A DNA stretch of 64,000 nucleotides from a virus (Duplodnaviria > Caudoviricetes), in IMG/VR virus record IMGVR_UViG_3300042258_000071, positions 32,001 to 96,000 of that record. One strand, 5' to 3'. The position numbers and the translations under genes are program-made. Shown in pieces: positions 28,897 to 39,303 of this stretch (its first letter is position 1; each line of letters starts with the position of its first letter). The notes under the pieces are model-generated. The model searched no databases, was not told where the DNA came from, and saw nothing but the letters and a program-made list of their open reading frames with translations.

Positions 28897-31800
28897 ATGG
28901 TAGAGACAGCCCCTAAAACAGCCCTTAAACCTTCCCCGTTAGACAGTCTCCTATCTCGATATACCAATGATACCGTTACTGTCAAAGAACCTCTTAACAG
29001 TGACGGTATTGCAAAAGAGAAATCCGCTAAAACGATCGATGCCGCATCATCTACACGGCGTCGGGATCAGGAACTTAAAAAGTTATCAACAGCCTCTATC
29101 ATCGACATGCAAAAGAATCTCATGAAGGCGGATTCTACGGGTCGCATGTATCAAATGATGGGAGAGTCTTCTCTTGATCGGGAGAATCATCGTCTTGATG
29201 AACTCTTAAGAGATCAGGATCGTGAGAGTCTTACTTCAACACGGTCTTTAGCATCTGGTGTTTTAGATGTTAAAGAAAGTGAGGCAACCCAAGCCATCAC
29301 CAAAGAGATGGAGCAGGTTCTTAAAACACAAGCACTTGCTTCTACTGCAACGTTTAAAGCATCTTCAACAACGAATTCTATTTTAAGAGAGCTCTACAAT
29401 TTCCATCACAGTGTTCAAACACAGTATATGGCAAATTCTTTAGGTCTCCAGTATCAGCAATTATATCTTTCTAAGGCACATGTCAAAGTCACTGAAACCG
29501 TCGGTGAAATGATTGAAGCTAAATTAGAAGCTATCAAACATAATACTGCATCTTCTGAATTGCGCAAACGCAGTGTTCTTGATGTTGCACGTGAGACTGT
29601 CTTAAAGAACATCATATCTAAAGTTGGAGAAAGTGTTTCTGAGAAATTTCTAGATACATTTGGACCTTGGATGCAGGAAAATATTGTTGAACCTGCTCGA
29701 GATATAAGTGCTGCTTATATGGAGTCGAACGTTCTAGGGGCTCAGACTGCGCGGGGCATTAGATCACGTGCTCAAGGAGCAAAAGATCGTCTGTCCCAAG
29801 GACGTGAAAATCTTGCTGAAAGTCTTCGAGCTTCTGGTATGACGGAGTCCGAATATCGAAAAACACGCGCAACAAAAACTCTTAATAATTTTGTAGACAA
29901 GGCCGGGGATATAACGAGTTCTGCTCGTGAGAAATTTAATACCCTTACAGGGCGACCTACAAATACCCCTTCTTCACAGACGGCTTCTTCAGAAGGACCC
30001 CCTGTGGAACGCCTTGGTCTTAAAGATGTCATCTCTTCAGCTAAAACACGTGTAACGGATGCCTACGAGAAAGTATCTGGTTCTGCAAACTCCGTTAGAG
30101 CGTTTGCAGATCAGGCGATGTCAAATTTAAATAAAGAACAATATACCCTTCTTAAAGACCAGATCACTGGTTATTCTAAGCAGCTTCGAGGATATGCTAA
30201 ATCACGAGCTGAACAGCTTAAAGAGGCAGCGCAAGTATTTAACAAACCAAATCTTAAATGGGAAGAACTTCAAGTTCTTAAAGATCATGTTTCTAAATAC
30301 ATTAAAAATACGCCATCGTCTCCTTTAGAACGCGACCCTTCTATACCACCTTATTCACAGGACATGTCTCCTGAGAACAGGATTTCTACATTTGAGGGAT
30401 TCGCAGCTAGTAATGCATCTGAATCTGACTCCTTAAAGAATAGTTGGAATGATCTAGCTGCTTCTGAAAAAGAAGAGTTTCTAAATCGTTTTGGGACGGA
30501 TGTCCCAGAGACACCTTCTCAGGCACCATCTAATTCTGGTAAGATTTCCCCCGATTATGATCTCTATAAGGCAACCTTAGATCCAGGAGCTTTCAACCGT
30601 GAAAGCATGGCTAATTTTGTTTCCGAAAAACATGATCAAAAAGAAGCTTCCCTAAGAGATGGATACGATTCTCTTACAGAAACTTTATCTGATAAACTTA
30701 AGAATGCTAAAATGTTTCAAGAAAGTGATGAGGATCTTAGACGCTCTACAGGGTTCTCGGGATATGATTCAAGTGACATTTTAGATATTCTAAATACTCT
30801 TAATGAAACAACTAAAACGTATGGTCAAGAATCCCTCGATCGTCAAGACAAGATTCTTGAAGTTCTCACCCTTATTGCTGCATCTGGAGGTATGGGATCT
30901 TCTGAGGATGGAGGAGGTTCTGGAACCCCTAACAAGCAAGGACTTCTGTCTAAACTTGGAGGTATCCTTGGAGGCACAGCGCGTTTCACTGGCAGACTCA
31001 CAGGTCTTGCAGCTAAAGGATATATGACTGCAGCAAGAGGTGGGTTATCTCTTAGTCGAGGAGCTCTAAATCTTGCAGCCTCCCCTTTCAGACAGAAGCT
31101 TAAAAATCCTTTCGTGGATGTTTACCGTAAAGATGATGTCCGATTTGGATACCCTTTAATTACATCTAAACAACTTCGTAAAGGACTTGTTTTTGTAGAC
31201 GGGGAACCTGTCGAACATGTTGCCGACATCGATCGTCCGGTTATAGATCCGCAAACACAAACAGTTCTTATTTCTAAAGAAGACATCGATGTTGGATTGG
31301 TAGATGTAAATGGTGTTGATGTTGGAAATCGAACCACTTCAGCTCTTGGAACCATTGGTAATCTTACAGGGTCTCTCTTTAAGACGGGTGGCCGTATGTT
31401 CTCTAATTTCTTCTCTGGTAAGAATCCATTATTTGGACTCTATGGTCAAATCTTTAAATCTGCCGCATCCATTATTGGTACTGTAACACCTGCCCTTACT
31501 AAAGGACTCCTTGGAGCTCTAGGGTTAGGGGTAAAAGCTGTTGGCGGTGTTGGTAAGGGACTTCTAAAACTCGCAGGTCCGCTTCTTGGTACTTACAAGG
31601 ATATGATTGGGGGATTCTTTGGGGGTGTCAAAGGAATTTTTGGAGCCATCTTTGGGGGTGGGAAGAAAGGGGGTATTGCAAAGAAAGATCTTGAAGAAGT
31701 GGTAGGTGATAAACTTATTGCGATCTATGACCTTCTCAATGCAAGACTGCCTAAGCGTATCGCTGGAGATACAGATGACGATGGCTATCGTGAAGGGTCC

Positions 31801-34752
31801 TGGCGGGAGTATCTTAGAGATCAAGAGAAGAAAAAGGAAGAGTCTGATAATCCGGGCGATACAGGGGCTGGTAAAAAAGGTCTCATTGCAGGTGCCCTTG
31901 GTAGTCTCACATCTCTTTTTGGTTCTAAAAAACAACCTTCTGATGCAGAGAGTGATGAAGACGATGATAGTGATTCTGGTATTCTTAAATGGCTAGGGGC
32001 TACTGCTGCAGGGGGTTGGGTTGGATCTAAATTGACCTCTGCAAAAAATGTCATTAAAAAAGCAGGCAAATCTATTTCAAGAGTAGGCGCTAAAGCGATT
32101 TCTAAAGTTGGCGGTACCGCTGTTGTCAAAACGATTGCAAAAGTAGGCGGGAAATCTATTGTTAAGAAGATTCCATTAATAGGTCTTGTTGCTGGTGCAG
32201 GATTTGGGATCGACCGTGCGATCGATGGAGACTACTTAGGTGCCCTTGGAGAGATTGCATCTGGAGCCGCCTCTATTATTCCCGGTCTTGGTACGGCAGC
32301 ATCTGTTGGGATTGACGGATGGCTTGTCTATCGCGATTATGCAAGTGGTGGTCCACAAAAGGCTATCATCGATGCCCGTATGGAGGCTTATGGCTTTAAA
32401 AATCACTCTAAAGATCAAGTGAAAACAATTTTATTGCTAGAAGAGAAAGCTCTTAAAAAAATTAAAGCAGGTGCTGAAGTTTTCAACATCGATGATGTGA
32501 AAGAAGTTACTACCAGTCTTGGATTTGACGCTGCATCAGATGATGATGTTGCATATGTTGCAGGATGGCTTAAAGCACGATTCTTGCGCATCTACAGCAT
32601 GTATTTATCAACGATTGGTGATCTAAGATTGAGTGTAGACGAATCTAATAAATGGGATGACGTTCAAATTGAAGCCGTCATTACAAACTTTAAATCTCGC
32701 AGTAAATCTATTTTGGAACTTGCAGTTGATTTCGTTCCTTATCCAGAAGGATATCGACGTCTTACAAATGCAAGTGCTCTTTCAAGCGATCCCTCTAAAC
32801 GATCGGGAACAACGATTCCCCATCAAGAGAGATCTCGCGCAGAAGAAATTATCAAGAAACAAACTCTTAATCACATTAATACCCAACGACACTCTAAAGG
32901 ATCTTCTACACAAGTGCAAGTATCCTCTCCTTTTACATCAACATTTGATGCCTTAGGAGACGGTTTTCACTCGATGAGATTTAAAGCCTATGGAATGAAA
33001 ACCTCTGAACAACGAAATGCTGTTATTAAAGCAGAACGCCAAATCACCCGGTGGGCTAAATTTAAACGGTATGTTAAATATGATGACCCTATTACAGAAA
33101 TAAATCTTGATAGACTCGCAATTGCATTTAGGGTTAAATTATCAGATACTGATCAGGTGTCACACTTTAATGCGTGGGTTCTCCATCGGTTTCTTCCAGT
33201 ATTAAAAACCTATGTTAAAAGTGCTGATATGTTTAATCGTGATTATGTCTCGGTTATCACATTAGAAGGTACTGAAGCAACTGATTTTCAAAAACTCTTT
33301 ATCTCTGAAGTATCTAAACTTAATTTTGGAACTGATCTCACTCCATATCCAGATACCTATGACGTCACGTCGCTTGAAGGAGAGACGGGATCGACAGCAA
33401 AAGCAAATGAAGTCATAAGTCAAACAACTGCTAAAGTTAAAGGGCAAAGTCGACGAACGGCTTCTGTTACTGTAAACTCTTCTAGAAAATCTTCTGAAAT
33501 GATAGCTTCTGTTGAAAATAACTCTGCAGCTAACGATCTAAGTGCAGGATATGATTGGAAGGGACTTGGATCTTTAAGTGCCCTACATGAATCTAATAAG
33601 AGTGGATCTGGTGCGATCGGGTATGATCGTCAAGGTGGAACGTCTTATGGGAAGTATCAGATCTCCTCTGCACGAGGGACATTTAGTAAGTTCTTAGAGT
33701 TTCTAGATTCACAAGGTGGGAATGGTGCTAAGATTGCCCAGCGGCTTCGAGAGGCAGGGAAGTCTAATACTGGATCAAAATCTGGTGGTGTTCCTGAAGA
33801 GTGGAACAAGATTGTGTCAGAAGGATTAATGGGGGATTACGAACATGCGTTTATTAAAGCAACGCATTATGATCCTGTTATGTTTAACCTCCCTGATGAG
33901 ATTAAAGATCTTGTAAACTCCTCTAAGACTCTTCAAGATGTAGTATGGTCAACAGCCGTACAACATGGTTCACTTGCAGCAACCTCCCTTATCATGAAAG
34001 CAGCCTCTGGATCTAAAGATCCTGAATCTTTTATTCGAAAGCTCTATGGAAGTCGCGTTACGCAGTTTGGAAATTCTGATGAGAACATTCAAAAATCTGT
34101 TGCAAGACGATTTGGTGAAGAGAAGAACCAAGCGCTTACGATGGTACGAGCAGAACGTCTTGAGAGGGGAGAAGACCTTTATGCAGGTCCAACCCGTCAA
34201 CCTATCAAGGATGCTTTTCGTCCAGTCACAGATGATGACGTAACGGCCCTTAAAGACAGTCTAAAAAGTCCTTCTAAAGATACGGCGTCAGTGGCACTTT
34301 CTCCTTTAACGAAATCTTCAAATATTAAAGTTACAGAGAAACCGTCTATTTTCAACACCCTGGCTCAACCCTCCCCTTCTACTACAAATACCCCAGCACC
34401 TGTTGGTCCAAGATCGTCACCTCCCAGTGCAGAAATGTATAACAAATCCATAGAGAACCAAATCTCAGAGCTTGCAAGACTGTCTCCACAAGAGATGGAA
34501 AAGGCTATCGCGAGAGGACAAACTGGAAGTTATAATGAGCTTAAGATCATAAGTCAGCATCTTGAAAAACTTGTCGCTGCAACCACAACTGCGTATGGTC
34601 GAAATGGTGCTATGGGGCAACTTGCAAAATCTATTGAGAACACTTCTAATCGACCGATCAACATCTCTCCGGTTATCATGCCTGCTTCTGAACGATCGTC
34701 TTCAAGCATTGATATCAATGTAAGACGTACTGGCACGGATACTGGGTATTGA
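28897..34752 (+). CDS. Large tail-associated lysin / tape-measure-like protein (phiKZ gp181 position) with a C-terminal muramidase-like domain
   Basis: 1951 aa; helical N-terminus; Gly/Ala-rich amphipathic middle (KKIPLIGLVAG...); LGSLSALHES..GGTSYGKYQI..LQDVVWSTAVQHG domain; syntenic with gp178/gp180 homologues. Confidence 0.75.
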   Translation: MVETAPKTALKPSPLDSLLSRYTNDTVTVKEPLNSDGIAKEKSAKTIDAASSTRRRDQELKKLSTASIIDMQKNLMKADSTGRMYQMMGESSLDRENHRLDELLRDQDRESLTSTRSLASGVLDVKESEATQAITKEMEQVLKTQALASTATFKASSTTNSILRELYNFHHSVQTQYMANSLGLQYQQLYLSKAHVKVTETVGEMIEAKLEAIKHNTASSELRKRSVLDVARETVLKNIISKVGESVSEKFLDTFGPWMQENIVEPARDISAAYMESNVLGAQTARGIRSRAQGAKDRLSQGRENLAESLRASGMTESEYRKTRATKTLNNFVDKAGDITSSAREKFNTLTGRPTNTPSSQTASSEGPPVERLGLKDVISSAKTRVTDAYEKVSGSANSVRAFADQAMSNLNKEQYTLLKDQITGYSKQLRGYAKSRAEQLKEAAQVFNKPNLKWEELQVLKDHVSKYIKNTPSSPLERDPSIPPYSQDMSPENRISTFEGFAASNASESDSLKNSWNDLAASEKEEFLNRFGTDVPETPSQAPSNSGKISPDYDLYKATLDPGAFNRESMANFVSEKHDQKEASLRDGYDSLTETLSDKLKNAKMFQESDEDLRRSTGFSGYDSSDILDILNTLNETTKTYGQESLDRQDKILEVLTLIAASGGMGSSEDGGGSGTPNKQGLLSKLGGILGGTARFTGRLTGLAAKGYMTAARGGLSLSRGALNLAASPFRQKLKNPFVDVYRKDDVRFGYPLITSKQLRKGLVFVDGEPVEHVADIDRPVIDPQTQTVLISKEDIDVGLVDVNGVDVGNRTTSALGTIGNLTGSLFKTGGRMFSNFFSGKNPLFGLYGQIFKSAASIIGTVTPALTKGLLGALGLGVKAVGGVGKGLLKLAGPLLGTYKDMIGGFFGGVKGIFGAIFGGGKKGGIAKKDLEEVVGDKLIAIYDLLNARLPKRIAGDTDDDGYREGSWREYLRDQEKKKEESDNPGDTGAGKKGLIAGALGSLTSLFGSKKQPSDAESDEDDDSDSGILKWLGATAAGGWVGSKLTSAKNVIKKAGKSISRVGAKAISKVGGTAVVKTIAKVGGKSIVKKIPLIGLVAGAGFGIDRAIDGDYLGALGEIASGAASIIPGLGTAASVGIDGWLVYRDYASGGPQKAIIDARMEAYGFKNHSKDQVKTILLLEEKALKKIKAGAEVFNIDDVKEVTTSLGFDAASDDDVAYVAGWLKARFLRIYSMYLSTIGDLRLSVDESNKWDDVQIEAVITNFKSRSKSILELAVDFVPYPEGYRRLTNASALSSDPSKRSGTTIPHQERSRAEEIIKKQTLNHINTQRHSKGSSTQVQVSSPFTSTFDALGDGFHSMRFKAYGMKTSEQRNAVIKAERQITRWAKFKRYVKYDDPITEINLDRLAIAFRVKLSDTDQVSHFNAWVLHRFLPVLKTYVKSADMFNRDYVSVITLEGTEATDFQKLFISEVSKLNFGTDLTPYPDTYDVTSLEGETGSTAKANEVISQTTAKVKGQSRRTASVTVNSSRKSSEMIASVENNSAANDLSAGYDWKGLGSLSALHESNKSGSGAIGYDRQGGTSYGKYQISSARGTFSKFLEFLDSQGGNGAKIAQRLREAGKSNTGSKSGGVPEEWNKIVSEGLMGDYEHAFIKATHYDPVMFNLPDEIKDLVNSSKTLQDVVWSTAVQHGSLAATSLIMKAASGSKDPESFIRKLYGSRVTQFGNSDENIQKSVARRFGEEKNQALTMVRAERLERGEDLYAGPTRQPIKDAFRPVTDDDVTALKDSLKSPSKDTASVALSPLTKSSNIKVTEKPSIFNTLAQPSPSTTNTPAPVGPRSSPPSAEMYNKSIENQISELARLSPQEMEKAIARGQTGSYNELKIISQHLEKLVAATTTAYGRNGAMGQLAKSIENTSNRPINISPVIMPASERSSSSIDINVRRTGTDTGY

Positions 34753-34771
34753 TAATTTTTTTAATAAAAAG

Positions 34772-34803
34772 ATAAGGGAGTGGGGTTAACCCCACTCCCT
34801 TAT
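34772..34803. terminator. Perfect 32-bp palindrome
   Basis: ATAAGGGAGTGGGGTTAACCCCACTCCCTTAT. Confidence 0.75.
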
Positions 34804-34863
34804 GTATTCACAAGTAGATGCTGCCATAATTTGATATGTTAAATCCTTTAGGAGTATTAAGAC

Positions 34864-36804
34864 ATGATCTCAGGTATCTATAAAGACAGTAATAATTTTG
34901 TTAAAGCAACCTTTATCGTATCACTAGGTCAGCCTTTTGAAACATATAAAGAACTTGTAGAATATTCAGTCTCAGATAGCATATTTGGGACTGCAGACAC
35001 CCCAAAAGTAAGTCCTCAGATACAAGATCTTCTTGATCAAGCAAATGTCGCGAATGGTCCAACACCCATGTTCTTTACCAGGCGTGTGTGTAGGGACACC
35101 TCTTTGGGAGGCAATGATGCGATCAACTGCTATTATCAATATTGTGAAAATGATGATGTTCTCTACCCTTTATTTAAAACCACCCATGGAGATGGTGGTA
35201 TGGGGCGGGTTTATGAACAGCAGATTAACGCTAACCAACAGATCCTGTATATGACAGCTGGGTTACCTGAGTATAATAGTTTTGTAGGATTCTTTTCAGA
35301 TGCTGTAGATGCCTCTTTAGCATCCTTCATGAATGGGGGTGGTCGCTTCTCACCTTCGTCTCTTGGAAGTCTTGTTGGGACTGCTTTTGTTGGAGCTGTT
35401 TTATTACCAGTTCTCCCTCTCGTGTTTATCTATCATTCTTTAAAGAAATTAGGATCTGTTCGTATTACAAAATATTACGACTTTAGATCTGAACAAGCCA
35501 TGTATTACCGGATTGTAAATACGATCATCATTACCCTTGGAACTAACATGGGGCTTGCTAAAAATGGTATGTTAGAAGGTCCTGAGGATTCCAGAAACAC
35601 AGGGTCTCCAAATTCTGTTAAGACGTCCCAAGAGTTAAATCTAGAAGCAAGTGGCGGAACAGATGATAACTCCAATCTTCCAGATATTTTTGGTACAGCT
35701 GGTTGGGACATTCACAGGATCATGCTCAAGAAAACCTTTTATGAGACAGGTCTTGATATTAAAAACCGTAAAGATCTCTCAACAGATCAATACCTTTTTA
35801 ATCAACGAGAGGACGTGTCTCTTGAAGAGAAAAAAGATGAGGTCATTGCTGATCTTCCAAAATATTGGTCAGAGAAACTTTGGAATGGTGGGATGGCGGC
35901 ACTAGCCACGCTTCATGATGCACATCTTTTTGTAGGATTTCGCGTTGAGAAAAGTGTTGACACCTCAGAGTCCTTTTCAAATGAAACAGGGGAATCTCCT
36001 GTCAAAGCAGCTCTTGATTCTAAATATGAAACTGTTAAGAACTTAAAACATTCCATTGCAAATGGTAAGATTATTGGAGGACCGATCGGGTCTGCTATTG
36101 GGGGTATTTTTGATTTCATCACAGGTGCCGTTGGGTCTGCAACGGATGCCATAGGGTTGAGTGGTGCAACACATCTTTTAACAGCTGCAGGTAAAGTTGA
36201 TATTCCAGATATTTGGTCTGGTGCTTCTTCTCAGAAAAACTATAGTTTTAATATTAATTTAAGATCATATCTCGGTGATCCGGTATCCATCTTCCAGTCA
36301 GAATACATCCCGCTCGCAATGCTTCTTGCTCTGTTTCTTCCTCGAGCAGTTGGGACTAATTCTTATACAACACCTTTTTTAGTAAGAGCATATTGTAAAG
36401 GTCAATTGTCCGTCCCTCTAGGTATCATAGATGGTGTTACGATCCGACGTGGATCAGATCAGCATGGGTGGAACTATCAGAGACTTCCAACATCTATTGA
36501 CATCTCCTTTACCATTAAAGATTTGTCACCTGCGATGTATCCTGCCATCGGGGATGAGAGTTTATGGGGGACGATCATAGGGGAGACATCTGCTTTTCAA
36601 GAATATCTTACAACCCTCTCAGGTATGGGTCTTCGGGAGCGTATGTTGTTCTTAAATCAGATCAATCGTCGTGCAAATATTGCGATCACAACCTTATTTA
36701 ACAACACTCTTAATCCTCTCGCGTGGGGTGTTGGTGTTTCAGATACAATGATAGGTCGCACCATCGCAAGGGTTATCCCTGCAACAGGTCTCCCAACAAA
36801 TTAG
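34864..36804 (+). CDS. Tail tip / baseplate protein (phiKZ gp182-like)
   Basis: 646 aa; DTSLGGNDAIN, GMGRVY, PDIWS, YIPLAMLLAL.LP, LGIIDGVTIRRG; follows the gp181-like gene. Confidence 0.7.
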   Translation: MISGIYKDSNNFVKATFIVSLGQPFETYKELVEYSVSDSIFGTADTPKVSPQIQDLLDQANVANGPTPMFFTRRVCRDTSLGGNDAINCYYQYCENDDVLYPLFKTTHGDGGMGRVYEQQINANQQILYMTAGLPEYNSFVGFFSDAVDASLASFMNGGGRFSPSSLGSLVGTAFVGAVLLPVLPLVFIYHSLKKLGSVRITKYYDFRSEQAMYYRIVNTIIITLGTNMGLAKNGMLEGPEDSRNTGSPNSVKTSQELNLEASGGTDDNSNLPDIFGTAGWDIHRIMLKKTFYETGLDIKNRKDLSTDQYLFNQREDVSLEEKKDEVIADLPKYWSEKLWNGGMAALATLHDAHLFVGFRVEKSVDTSESFSNETGESPVKAALDSKYETVKNLKHSIANGKIIGGPIGSAIGGIFDFITGAVGSATDAIGLSGATHLLTAAGKVDIPDIWSGASSQKNYSFNINLRSYLGDPVSIFQSEYIPLAMLLALFLPRAVGTNSYTTPFLVRAYCKGQLSVPLGIIDGVTIRRGSDQHGWNYQRLPTSIDISFTIKDLSPAMYPAIGDESLWGTIIGETSAFQEYLTTLSGMGLRERMLFLNQINRRANIAITTLFNNTLNPLAWGVGVSDTMIGRTIARVIPATGLPTN

Positions 36805-36923
36805 GTCTAAGGAAAAACGAGTTATAACCCATCCCTTCTATCATTTCTAATGAAATGATATGATTTTAGTAGGTGCTTAGTGTAGCACTTTTTTAGTTTA
36901 TCCATAATGAGGATTTACAGGAA

Positions 36924-38534
36924 ATGAGTATTCGAGCGTTTGTTACACATCAGATTCTCAAAGAACTTTCATATAAAACCATCACGGTATTTAGCAGTGT
37001 AACATCAGACCTTCCAAATGACACCTTGACAGGTATTGTGAATGCTAAAATTAATGAATTAAGCATTGCTCCGGCAAAAACCGATGACAGCATCGGCATT
37101 CTCATTGGTCAGGTTACGCAACAAGTGCGTGATTATGTAACAGATACTGTTGCACAAGATGAAGCATATGCCATTGTCCGTAAAGACAATGATTATATTA
37201 ATTCTATTTTGAATGATATCTCAGGTAAGCTCGCTTCTAAAATTCAAATGCTTCTAACGGCCATTCGGGTGACGATCCGAGATAAAGTGGATGCTATTGC
37301 AGCAGAAGTACGAGCAAAATCATCTACACTTCTCACACAACACAACCCCTATTCTTTTGGGGAGGTTGAAATCTTTAATTGGGCGGGGTTGTCTGATAAT
37401 TATATTCGAGAAAAAGTGATCACTTTTTTCAATGAATCTATTCGGATTTTCATCGATGGTAAAGTAAATTATTCTGATAAAAACAGCATTCTCGATCGTC
37501 TCACTTCTACGATCACTCCTGCTTTAAGCGCGGCACCTATTACGGACATTGAAACAGTTAAGATGACACTCCGTGATGCTATTACAGCATCTGATTTAAA
37601 TGTGAAAATTGAAAACTGTAATGATGCAATTTCATTAATCATTAATACCTCTAAGTTAAATGATTTTGCCATTACAGTGAAAAATTCCATGGGAGACGAT
37701 TATCAGGAATATAAGTACATTCCTGAATTAATTCGTCGTGCAACAGACTATTTCATTTGTGTTGAGAATCTTGTTGATAAATTCTCTACATATGAGGATG
37801 ATCTAGGGTCCAATGCAAAATCTGTATATGCAAAATTATTGGCTCTTAAAAATCTGTGTCTTATGACGCTTGGACTCGGATATGTCTTTAAAGAAAAACT
37901 ATGGCGAGATGCCATTATTCTCCCTAAGAATTATGCATCCGAAGTTGTAACGATACCACTTATCAATGCGGATAATTATCCCACCGATGGAAATCTTGAA
38001 GATTATAACGTTGAACTTTCTAAATATGCAACCTATCTAAGGCAAGGTCAGACTTCCATCGCCTCGCAAGCCTCCATGCTCCTTGTAAGGATGGAAACTT
38101 ATAAAAAGAACAAAGAAAACTATATTGCAGCACTGGATCAAAAACAGTCTGAAGATAAGAACTCTTTAGACATCTCGAATCGTGAAGCACTGGTCTCTGC
38201 CACAAAGGTGATTCTTAATACTCATATCACTGATGAGTATGTTTCCTTTGGTCCAAATCTTCAGGCGGTCAAACCTCGTCACGACAGAGGACTTGTTCGT
38301 GTTGAAGCGATCCTTGGTCGTAAAGAGGTTACCCTCGAAGATGCCATCACTCAGTATTATTTAATCTTATTTGACAACCCAGTCCTTACACGATTTTATG
38401 AAGTGTTTAATACATATATCCGCACCAACCTTGAATCGTATGATGATCTAACCGCTCTTCGAAATTATGGTTTTTGTGAGGCTATCCTTGATGTCTTGGT
38501 AAATTATTTTAAAACACGTACCTTAGTATCATAA
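36924..38534 (+). CDS. Putative virion protein, mainly alpha-helical
   Basis: 536 aa; late-type ATGATATGAT upstream at 36855. Confidence 0.6.
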   Translation: MSIRAFVTHQILKELSYKTITVFSSVTSDLPNDTLTGIVNAKINELSIAPAKTDDSIGILIGQVTQQVRDYVTDTVAQDEAYAIVRKDNDYINSILNDISGKLASKIQMLLTAIRVTIRDKVDAIAAEVRAKSSTLLTQHNPYSFGEVEIFNWAGLSDNYIREKVITFFNESIRIFIDGKVNYSDKNSILDRLTSTITPALSAAPITDIETVKMTLRDAITASDLNVKIENCNDAISLIINTSKLNDFAITVKNSMGDDYQEYKYIPELIRRATDYFICVENLVDKFSTYEDDLGSNAKSVYAKLLALKNLCLMTLGLGYVFKEKLWRDAIILPKNYASEVVTIPLINADNYPTDGNLEDYNVELSKYATYLRQGQTSIASQASMLLVRMETYKKNKENYIAALDQKQSEDKNSLDISNREALVSATKVILNTHITDEYVSFGPNLQAVKPRHDRGLVRVEAILGRKEVTLEDAITQYYLILFDNPVLTRFYEVFNTYIRTNLESYDDLTALRNYGFCEAILDVLVNYFKTRTLVS

Positions 38535-38541
38535 TGCAAAC

Positions 38542-38575
38542 ATAAGAGTGGAGGGCATCTGCCCTCCACTCTTAT
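38542..38575. terminator. Long palindromic stem-loop
   Basis: ATAAGAGTGGAGGGCA-TC-TGCCCTCCACTCTTAT. Confidence 0.75.
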
Positions 38576-38688
38576 ATCTTAATATTTTACCTTAAAAAGT
38601 TCAGTATAGGTTAACTTTTTATATCCATATACTCCAAAAATAAGGTATCACATATAACCCCTACCGAGGAAGTGATGTATATTTCGGG

Positions 38689-38706
38689 TATATATTACTA
38701 TTATGT
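38689..38706 (+). promoter_or_regulatory. Putative early promoter TATATATTACTATTATGT
   Basis: Motif copy 28 nt before ATG 38735. Confidence 0.6.
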
Positions 38707-38734
38707 AAAACCTCATGAAATTTGGAGAATTAAA

Positions 38735-39169
38735 ATGTTTGACGATGATCATAATGAAACAGCATCCGAGATGAAACTCGTGTATATGGAGTCGATGGAC
38801 AATGTAAGGAACAGACTTTTAAATATTGTCAAAGATCCAGAAATCGATCTGAACACTCTCGATTATAAAAGAGTTGTTACAGACATATGTACTTTTATTT
38901 TAGATTCTTCACATGTTGACGACGTCAGATTGGAAGACGGTGGTGTTTCAACTGATAGAGGTCTGACATTTCAATATGTATTTTCTGTACAATGTCGACT
39001 GTTGATCATCCTCTGTATGGATGGTGACTTTGATCGAACAAAAGAATTGTACACCAAACTTAAAACAAAAGAATGTTTGAGTTGTGTACTTTTCGTGAAT
39101 TCTAAAGTCAATATCCAATGGCGAGACATTTATAAATTTAACTTCCCTTTCAACTTCTGGAGAACCTAA
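38735..39169 (+). CDS. Hypothetical early protein
   Basis: Start moved to MFDDDHNE (GGAG RBS). Confidence 0.65.
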   Translation: MFDDDHNETASEMKLVYMESMDNVRNRLLNIVKDPEIDLNTLDYKRVVTDICTFILDSSHVDDVRLEDGGVSTDRGLTFQYVFSVQCRLLIILCMDGDFDRTKELYTKLKTKECLSCVLFVNSKVNIQWRDIYKFNFPFNFWRT

Positions 39170-39253
39170 CTGTGTACACAATCGACGATATTCTCGATGC
39201 GCGTGACAGTACGCATAATCGAACTGGTGTTCTGCTAGCCATTCGTATGTAAA

Positions 39254-39283
39254 AGGGAGAGGGTCCATATGGACCCTCTCCCC
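39254..39283. terminator. Perfect 30-bp palindrome between convergent genes
   Basis: AGGGAGAGGGTCCATATGGACCCTCTCCCT. Confidence 0.75.
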
Positions 39284-39303
39284 TACTTGATTGTTATTTT
39301 TTT

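Noticed and set aside
38948-39268. 106-aa minus-strand ORF
   Set aside because: It starts inside a palindrome and is antisense to a gene that has its own promoter and RBS.
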